Source: Thermoproteota archaeon (GTDB lineage: Archaea > Korarchaeota > Korarchaeia > B14-G2). From it: 13,819 bases of DNA. The stretch spans positions 1-13,819 of the forward strand of contig JAVCBW010000038.1 of NCBI GenBank assembly GCA_037917675.1, read 5' to 3'. Below the pieces are notes generated by a model that worked only from the letters and a program-made list of their open reading frames with translations, made no database searches and had not been told where the DNA came from. The translations under genes were made by a program, and so were the position numbers. Positions 1 through 5,686 of this stretch are shown here, in pieces. Position 1 is the stretch's first letter. The number at the start of each line of letters is the position of its first letter.

Positions 1-36
1 CTCATCACTATACCCATCTAGTATTACAGCCCGCAA
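1..36 (-). CDS. 5' end (partial) of a probable archaeal radical SAM protein (COG1031-like N-terminus)
   Basis: Minus strand reads TTG-RAVILDGYSDE off the window edge, resembling the recalled family start 'ilDGYxDEPaGLGVPPY'. TTTTATA lies ~24 nt upstream, which fits a leaderless start. Only 12 codons are visible; an alternative in-frame ATG is at 54. Confidence 0.55.
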   Translation of the reverse strand, partial: MRAVILDGYSDE

Positions 37-59
37 CCCATAGCAGAGCCCCATGCCAC

Positions 60-66
60 TATAAAA
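60..66 (-). promoter_or_regulatory. TATA box for the leftward partial gene
   Basis: TTTTATA on the minus strand, ~24 nt before the TTG at 36. Confidence 0.5.
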
Positions 67-78
67 GCCCAGCTCCAG

Positions 79-107
79 ACCACATATGCTACTGAAGCAT
101 ATGTGGT
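79..107. repeat. Perfect 12-bp inverted repeat (hairpin, 5-nt loop)
   Basis: ACCACATATGCT (79-90), ACTGA, AGCATATGTGGT (96-107). Confidence 0.9.
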
Positions 108-139
108 ATATTGAGTGTAGATGGTATATTGAGTGTAGA
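104..139. repeat. 18-bp exact tandem duplication
   Basis: TGGTATATTGAGTGTAGA at 104-121 and 122-139. Confidence 0.95.
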
Positions 140-208
140 TCCAGCTGTGGTCTTAAAGAGGCTGAAGTAGCAGCTTTTATCTGCATGCTGACATGCAGGT
201 GATGGCTG

Positions 209-910
209 TCATGTGGTAGCTAAGCCTGATGCTAGCGGCTGGCAGAGCTCAGAGGCCAGCTGCAGATACCTAGACTCTCTCAGATCAGCCTCAAGTTCCC
301 TCAGAAACTGGAGCATGAACCTGTGTCTCCTCTCACCGGCTTCTCTGGCAGCTCTGGTATTCATGCTGCCAGCTATCTTGAGGAGCTTCTCATGGAAGTG
401 TGTTACAGCCGAAGTCTTCCTTCCTCTAGTGTACTCTCCAGGCTCCTCACCTAGAGCATGTATCTCCCTGGAGTCCTCTCCTGCCTTAGCGAACACCCTA
501 GCTATCCCTATAGCCCCTATGGCATCTAGCCTGTCAGCATCCTGCAAGATAGCTGACTCAAGGCTACTTGGCTTAGCTCTACTGCTGAATCTATGCTCTC
601 TTATAACGTCAGCAACCCTCTCAGCGAGCTCCCTGCTGTACCCAGCCTCCAGGAGAAGCCTATAGGCCTCCCTGGCCCCCTCCTCACCGTGATCTAGCCT
701 CTCATCAACCTCTCTACCATAAGATACATCATGTAAGACTGCTGCCAGAGCTAGCACCAGCTTATCTCCCCCCTCCCTCTCAGCTATAGCCATAGCATTC
801 CCTAGCACTCTAAGGGCATGGCTGAAGCCATGTGAAGTCAGCTTAGGATACCTCTCCATTGCTGCTGCAACAACCCTCCTGAACCTAGGGTCTCTCATGA
901 AGCCTAGCAT
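209..910 (-). CDS. HD-domain metal-dependent phosphohydrolase (YpgQ/YedJ-like)
   Basis: Motifs HGFSHALRV, LHD, DHGEEGA, EHRFS, QDADRLDAIGAIGIAR, HFHEKLL. Confidence 0.92.
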   Translation of the reverse strand: MLGFMRDPRFRRVVAAAMERYPKLTSHGFSHALRVLGNAMAIAEREGGDKLVLALAAVLHDVSYGREVDERLDHGEEGAREAYRLLLEAGYSRELAERVADVIREHRFSSRAKPSSLESAILQDADRLDAIGAIGIARVFAKAGEDSREIHALGEEPGEYTRGRKTSAVTHFHEKLLKIAGSMNTRAAREAGERRHRFMLQFLRELEADLRESRYLQLASELCQPLASGLATT

Positions 911-931
911 GTCTGCTACATGAGCCAGGTG

Positions 932-939
932 TATTTAAG
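932..939 (-). promoter_or_regulatory. TATA-like box for the HD hydrolase (leaderless)
   Basis: CTTAAATA on the minus strand ~22 nt upstream of ATG 910. Confidence 0.45.
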
Positions 940-958
940 CTATAAGCCCTAGGCTTTA

Positions 959-1060
959 GGGTTGCCACGAATGGGGATAAGAGCTATGACAAGCCTCTGA
1001 TGAACCCAAGAGAGGCTGAACCCGATGAACCCCAAGGCTTACCAAAACTATGTAAGCTAA
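959..1060 (+). ncRNA. Possible box C/D-like (K-loop) small RNA
   Basis: CTGATGA (997-1003), 12 nt, CTGA (1016-1019), CCGATGA (1022-1028). There is no canonical terminal D box. An AT-rich TATA-like stretch lies at 934-945. Confidence 0.3.
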
Positions 1061-1327
1061 ACCTCTCACTCTGGAGCATAGTGAAGGTAGCTGAGAGGCT
1101 GTGAGCGACTCCTCAAGTACACTGAAGGCTTCACATACAGGGGAGCCTAGAGGCTTTCACATCTTAAGCTCCAAAGCCAGGATGACTAGCATGTGGTGTG
1201 GTAGCTTTAACGCCTAGTGTACTCTAAGCTCTGAGGCTGGTTTGCTAGTTTTTGAACGCTGTAGCTCTCTGCTGTCTTGGTGGAGAAGAGCTATAACCAT
1301 CTAGCATACAGGTAGGTGGTGGTGTAG

Positions 1328-2095
1328 CTGACCTTAGACAAGACTACACTGCTGCTCTTCTCTGCTGCAAGCTCTCTGGTAGTCCTCTTCCTCCTTGCTC
1401 CTCTGGTGCTTACAGCTGTGACAGCAGACTATCGGCTTGTAGCTAGCTCAGTAGCTAGGAGGGAGGTTATGGAGTCCTTCGCCAACACGCTTGTGGCAGC
1501 ATCTCTATCAACTCTGCTTCTGGTAGCAGTAGGTGTCCCTCTGGCATACCTCCTGGCTAGATGCCAGTTCAAGGGGAGGCAGCTTGTGGAGGCCATAGTA
1601 GACCTCCCCTTAGCTCTGCCACATGCTGTAGCAGGAGTCCTGGTGATAGTAGCCTATGGGTCTAGAGCTCCTATAGGCTCACTGCTAGCTCAAGCTGGCT
1701 TAGCAATAGAAGACAGGCTAGCTGGAGTGGTCTTAGCGATGGCCTATGTTTCAGCTCCGTTCCTAATAGACTCAGCTAAAGACGGCTTCAAGTCCATAGA
1801 CCCTATGCTAGAGCATGTAGCCAGGACTCTAGGTGCAACACCTCTCAAGGTGTTTGCTTACATAAGCCTCCCTCTAGCTTGGAGGGGCATAGCTACTGGA
1901 GCTCTCCTGAGCTGGGCTAGAGCAATAAGCGAGGTTGGGGCCTTGCTCATTGTAGCATACTACCCGAAGACAGTGAACATCCTGGTAATAGAGTGGTTTA
2001 ACACCTATGGGCTAGCTTATGCGAAGGCCTTGACCATACCACTGCTAGCTCTATGCATACTAGTGTTCACCTTGATAAGGCTATCAGAGAGGTGA
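1328..2095 (+). CDS. modB: Molybdate/tungstate ABC transporter permease (ModB/WtpB)
   Basis: Motifs DLPLALPHAVAG, MAYVSAPF, EAA-like loop EHVARTLGA, LSWARAISEVGA, AYYP. The frame extends upstream of 1406 through a hydrophobic TM1 to a CTG at 1328 preceded by a GGTGGTG RBS. Confidence 0.92.
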   Translation: MTLDKTTLLLFSAASSLVVLFLLAPLVLTAVTADYRLVASSVARREVMESFANTLVAASLSTLLLVAVGVPLAYLLARCQFKGRQLVEAIVDLPLALPHAVAGVLVIVAYGSRAPIGSLLAQAGLAIEDRLAGVVLAMAYVSAPFLIDSAKDGFKSIDPMLEHVARTLGATPLKVFAYISLPLAWRGIATGALLSWARAISEVGALLIVAYYPKTVNILVIEWFNTYGLAYAKALTIPLLALCILVFTLIRLSER

Positions 2096-2099
2096 GAGC

Positions 2100-3158
2100 T
2101 TGATTAGGATAGAGGATCTCACCTTAGAACTAGGGGAGTTCAAGCTAGACGACATAACCCTAGAGGCTAGAGCAGGAGAGTACATGGTTGTAATGGGCCC
2201 AAGTGGAGCAGGGAAAACCCTGCTGCTCCACACGATAGCAGGAATATATAGGCCATCTAGAGGGAGAGTGTTCATAGCTGGCCGAGATGTGACAGCTGAC
2301 CCCCCAGAGAAGCGGCGTGTAGCTCTTGTTCCACAAGACTATGCGCTCTTCCCCCACATGACAGCATATGAGAACATAGCATTTGGCCTCATTCAGAGGA
2401 AGCTTCCTAGAGGCGAGGTAGATCAGAGGGTGAAGGACATAGCTGAGGTCCTTGGTGTCAAGCATCTCCTCCACAGGAAGCCAGCTACACTGAGTGGGGG
2501 AGAGCAGCAGAGGATAGCCTTAGCTAGAGCACTAGTCACTGACCCAGATGTGCTGCTGCTAGATGAGCCTACAGCAGCTCTAGACCCACCTCTGAGGGCA
2601 GAAGCTAGAAGGTACCTGAAGCAGCTACATGCAGAGCTAGAGTTCACAGCAGTACATGTCACACACAGCTTCACAGAGGCAGCTGAGCTAGCTGACAGAA
2701 TAGCTTTCATGAGGGAAGGCCGCATACTCCAGGCTGGAACCCTAGAGGAGATCCTCTATGCTCCAGCATCCCCCAAGATAGCAGAGTTCACAGGAGACAT
2801 AAACGCTTACAGGGCTAGGATGGTAGCTGACTTGGGGGGGCAAGCTGAAGTTGAGGTGGAAGGCATAAGGCTTAGAGCAGTCAAGGCACCAGGAGCACAG
2901 AGCAGAGGCATACTGGTCGTGAGGCCAGAAGACATCATAGTCTCAAGAGAGAAGCCAAGAGGCTTGAGTGCAAGGAACATGCTGCAGGCACGAGTAGAGG
3001 AAGTAGCTCAGAAGGGCCCCCTCTACCTGGTGTCCTCTAAGGCAGGCCAAATCAATGTCAAAGCCTACCTGACGAGGGCTTCGCTAGAGGAGCTGGAGGT
3101 AAAGCCAGGAGCCATGGTCTATCTCACATTCAAGGTGAGCAGCACAGTATACAGGTGA
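2100..3158 (+). CDS. modC: Molybdate/tungstate ABC transporter ATP-binding subunit with C-terminal TOBE regulatory domain (ModC/WtpC)
   Basis: Walker A GPSGAGKT, signature LSGGEQQR, Walker B LLLDEP, VTH switch, C-terminal SARN oxyanion-binding motif. AGGTGA RBS precedes the TTG. Confidence 0.93.
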   Translation: MIRIEDLTLELGEFKLDDITLEARAGEYMVVMGPSGAGKTLLLHTIAGIYRPSRGRVFIAGRDVTADPPEKRRVALVPQDYALFPHMTAYENIAFGLIQRKLPRGEVDQRVKDIAEVLGVKHLLHRKPATLSGGEQQRIALARALVTDPDVLLLDEPTAALDPPLRAEARRYLKQLHAELEFTAVHVTHSFTEAAELADRIAFMREGRILQAGTLEEILYAPASPKIAEFTGDINAYRARMVADLGGQAEVEVEGIRLRAVKAPGAQSRGILVVRPEDIIVSREKPRGLSARNMLQARVEEVAQKGPLYLVSSKAGQINVKAYLTRASLEELEVKPGAMVYLTFKVSSTVYR

Positions 3159-3160
3159 AG

Positions 3161-3994
3161 CTACCTCCTAAGCCTCACCTCTACCATGTGGTACCTGAAG
3201 CCAAGCCTCTCAGATGGCACGCCAGCTGCCAAAGCTAGGAGCTGAGTCAGGTAGAGGACTGGCAGCCTCCTGCTCCAGCCTCTCTGAGCTAGCTCAAGCT
3301 GCCTGAAGCAGGTTGGGCACACAACAACCATGCACTCTGCACCAGCATCCAGTGCGTTACTAAGCTTAAGCCTAGCCTGCTCGAGTGAAAGCTCTCTATC
3401 AGCCCTCCACACATAGTAGGCGCAGCAGAGCTCCTCACCCTCATAGGAGACTGGCTCAGCTCCTGCAGCTGAGACAAGCTCCCTGAGAGCCCTAGGGCTC
3501 TTTACATCATCATACTCAGGGAGCTCCTCATAGATGTGGCATCCCAGGTGGGTTGCAGCCTTCACCTCAACAGGCCTCTCGACAGCAGCCTTCACACCAT
3601 CCACTCCAACCTCCTCGTATAGCAGCCTGAGTATGCTCTCCACCCTAGCCCCCCCGCTATAGCTCCTGCCTACCGCACTCAGGTACCTGTTCACCTCCTC
3701 CCTCTTCTCTTCGCTTCCAAGCTCCCTCCAAGCTGAAAGCAAGCTCTTAGTGCACCCGCTGCACAGCGAGACCAGCTCTAGGCCAGCCTCCTCTGCGAGC
3801 GAGAGGTTTCTAGCTGCTAGCACAAGCCAGCTAACCTTGTCTAGGAGCTGCATGGACGATGGCTCAGGGCAGCATGAGAACCCGCTTAAGCTCACAGCCT
3901 CAATCCCAAGCTTCTCCAGCAGAAGCCTGGTAGCAGCCTCGAACTGTGGGTACCTAGCTGAGATCACACAGCCAGGGAAGATAAGCTTCCTCAT
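3161..3994 (-). CDS. hdrB: Heterodisulfide reductase subunit B-like protein (two CCG domains)
   Basis: Two complete non-cubane [4Fe-4S] motifs: C9, C41-C42, C78-x2-C81 and C152(H153), C190-C191, C226-x2-C229. AARNL motif present. ATGA overlap with the upstream gene. Confidence 0.9.
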   Translation of the reverse strand: MRKLIFPGCVISARYPQFEAATRLLLEKLGIEAVSLSGFSCCPEPSSMQLLDKVSWLVLAARNLSLAEEAGLELVSLCSGCTKSLLSAWRELGSEEKREEVNRYLSAVGRSYSGGARVESILRLLYEEVGVDGVKAAVERPVEVKAATHLGCHIYEELPEYDDVKSPRALRELVSAAGAEPVSYEGEELCCAYYVWRADRELSLEQARLKLSNALDAGAECMVVVCPTCFRQLELAQRGWSRRLPVLYLTQLLALAAGVPSERLGFRYHMVEVRLRR

Positions 3995-4773
3995 CTTCCC
4001 ACCCTCCTCAAGAGCCCAGTTTCCTCAAGAAGCCTCTTGACCTCCCCAGCACCGAAGTCTACCTCCTCAGCTAGCCCAAGCTCCCTCCTCCTTCGAGCTG
4101 AGGCTGTGGTGAACGGGATCCCACAGCCACTTTCAGCAACTGACCTCACAATCCCACTGAACATCTCCAGTATCCCTCTAAACCTATCGAGTGCAGCTGG
4201 CTTGAACTCAGGCTCAGCTTCAGCTCCCCTCGCGAGCCTCAGTAGCAGAGCAGGCTCCCTGACTTCAGCTGGAGGCTCCACCACGACACCAAGCTGGAGA
4301 GCTAGCCCACTAGCCACCATGAGAGCAGCTTCACGTGCAGCCTCCTCTTCGCTTCTAAACCTGAGTGCTCCAGTTGGGCATGCCTCGACACAGGCTGGTG
4401 GAAGCCCATCCTCTAGCCTACTAGGACACCTATCACACTTCAAGACGCCACCATCTCCAGGTGAGACAGCTGCAAATGGGCAGACCATCATACAAGACCT
4501 ACAGCCTATGCATAGCTCCCTATCGTACTCTACTATGTCACCAGCTCTCTTGAGAGCTCCAGTAGGACACACGACTACACACGGAGGGCTATCACAGTGC
4601 ATGCAGAGCACTGGGAGAGGGAGCATAGCTACAGGAACAACCTTGATCCTAGGCTTCACACGCTCAAGCATAGCTGAAGCAAGGCTTTTACCAGGAGAGT
4701 GCTCTACTGCGCAAGCTATCTCACAGCTCCTGCAGCCAGTACACCTCCATGGGTCTACATAAAGCATCTGCAC
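3991..4773 (-). CDS. CooF/DmsB-type 4x[4Fe-4S] polyferredoxin fused to an HdrC-like C-terminal tail
   Basis: 16 Cys in four cluster motifs; paralog of 5078-5686. The tail GIVRSVAESGCGIPF...RRRRELGL...EVKRLLEETGL resembles the HdrC C-terminus. Start placed at GTG 4773 (GGTGG RBS at 4780-4784) rather than 4827. Confidence 0.85.
   Translation of the reverse strand: MQMLYVDPWRCTGCRSCEIACAVEHSPGKSLASAMLERVKPRIKVVPVAMLPLPVLCMHCDSPPCVVVCPTGALKRAGDIVEYDRELCIGCRSCMMVCPFAAVSPGDGGVLKCDRCPSRLEDGLPPACVEACPTGALRFRSEEEAAREAALMVASGLALQLGVVVEPPAEVREPALLLRLARGAEAEPEFKPAALDRFRGILEMFSGIVRSVAESGCGIPFTTASARRRRELGLAEEVDFGAGEVKRLLEETGLLRRVGR
4358..4405 (-). repeat. Outer inverted repeat, copy 1 (48 bp; pairs with 5479-5526)
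   Basis: Reverse complement matches 5479-5526 at 47/48; encodes LPPACVEACPTGALRF. Confidence 0.95.
4697..4729 (-). repeat. Inner inverted repeat, copy 1 (33 bp; pairs with 5143-5175)
   Basis: Reverse complement GAGCTGTGAGATAGCTTGCGCAGTAGAGCACTC is identical to 5143-5175. Confidence 0.95.
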
Positions 4774-5010
4774 ATGAAGCCACCAACCCCCTATTCTGCC
4801 AAGCTTAATAACACTTATCTGCCACATGGCTCATAGCTTTAGACAAGAGCAGCGCTGCAAATCAGCCTGCACCTAGCAAGATGCCTCCGTTGCTGCTAGT
4901 AGCTTAACAGGTTTATCCCCACTTGCATCTGGGTGCTATGCTGATGGCAGTCTAAGCCCACTGCACTGGTGTCACATTTCTACAAAAAGTAACACTATCA
5001 GCTGACTTGG

Positions 5011-5029
5011 TTTAAGTACTTTACTTAAA
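5011..5029. promoter_or_regulatory. Palindromic operator or back-to-back TATA-like element in the divergent promoter
   Basis: TTTAAGTA-CTT-TACTTAAA, a perfect 8-bp inverted repeat. Confidence 0.5.
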
Positions 5030-5077
5030 GGGCACGAAACCTTTATCTGCCATACTTATTGGGGCTCTGGGGGGAAG

Positions 5078-5686
5078 TTGCCTGAGAGCATATCTCCTGA
5101 GTACCTGATATACATCGACTCATCTAGGTGTGTTGCATGCAAGAGCTGTGAGATAGCTTGCGCAGTAGAGCACTCCGAGTCGAAAACGCTTATTTCAGCT
5201 ATATTCGAGGCTCCTAAGCCTAGGCCTAGGGTCAAGGTCGTTGTAGCAGCTACACTCACGGTTCCAATAAGATGCATGCACTGTGATCCAGCACCATGCA
5301 TAGAGGTCTGTCCGACAAAGGCCATGTATAGGGTAGAAGAAGGATATGTGCTATCTGACCCAGTTAAGTGTATAGGGTGTAGGGCATGCCTGATAGCATG
5401 TCCATTCGGCCACCCAGCTTACAGCCGTGAGCTTAAGGTCATAAAGTGTGACCACTGTATAGAGAGGCTCAGACAAGAGCTTCCACCAGCCTGTGTCGAG
5501 GCATGCCCGACTGGAGCACTCAGGTTCGGTAGAGCTGAGGAGCTTCTCCTTGAGGTCAAGGAGAAGAAGGCTGCTGAGCTGGTCACCGGGGTTGTGAGCC
5601 CAGGTGTGGCTTACGCTAAGCCACCTGAGAAGCCCTCCCCCCTATCTATGATTAAGGAGATGTATGAGCCTGTGAGGTGGACTTAG
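5078..5686 (+). CDS. cooF: CO dehydrogenase-associated iron-sulfur protein CooF (4x[4Fe-4S])
   Basis: 16 Cys: CxxCxxCxxxC, CxxCx4CxxxCP, CxxCxxCxxxCP, CxxC..CxxxCP. The stop codon directly abuts the cooS ATG. Confidence 0.9.
   Translation: MPESISPEYLIYIDSSRCVACKSCEIACAVEHSESKTLISAIFEAPKPRPRVKVVVAATLTVPIRCMHCDPAPCIEVCPTKAMYRVEEGYVLSDPVKCIGCRACLIACPFGHPAYSRELKVIKCDHCIERLRQELPPACVEACPTGALRFGRAEELLLEVKEKKAAELVTGVVSPGVAYAKPPEKPSPLSMIKEMYEPVRWT
5143..5175 (+). repeat. Inner inverted repeat, copy 2 (33 bp)
   Basis: 33/33 identical to the reverse complement of 4697-4729; encodes SCEIACAVEHS. Confidence 0.95.
5479..5526 (+). repeat. Outer inverted repeat, copy 2 (48 bp)
   Basis: 47/48 identical to the reverse complement of 4358-4405; the single mismatch at 5509 is synonymous. 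Confidence 0.95.

Noticed and set aside
104-139. CRISPR-like repeat
   Set aside because: Two adjacent 18-mers with no spacer and no cas genes.
213-665. 150-aa + strand ORF
   Set aside because: Antisense shadow of the HD hydrolase; Ser/Leu-rich with no motifs.
959-1320. Moco/Wco riboswitch or modA remnant upstream of modB
   Set aside because: No recognisable riboswitch consensus or binding-protein motif in any frame I could read.
2084-2725. Minus-strand ORFs of 63, 104 and 100 aa
   Set aside because: Antisense to modC.
3289-4762. + strand ORFs 3289-3477, 3750-4040 and 4037-4762
   Set aside because: Antisense shadows of hdrB and the ferredoxin hybrid.
4774-4827. N-terminal extension MWQISVIKLGRIGGWWLH
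   Set aside because: It runs across the TATA-like (4804-4811) and RBS elements, and the paralog alignment supports a start at 4773 or 4767.
4970-4984. CooA-like box TGTCA-N5-CTACA
   Set aside because: The spacer is one base short of TGTCA-N6-CGACA, and CooA is a bacterial regulator not encoded here.
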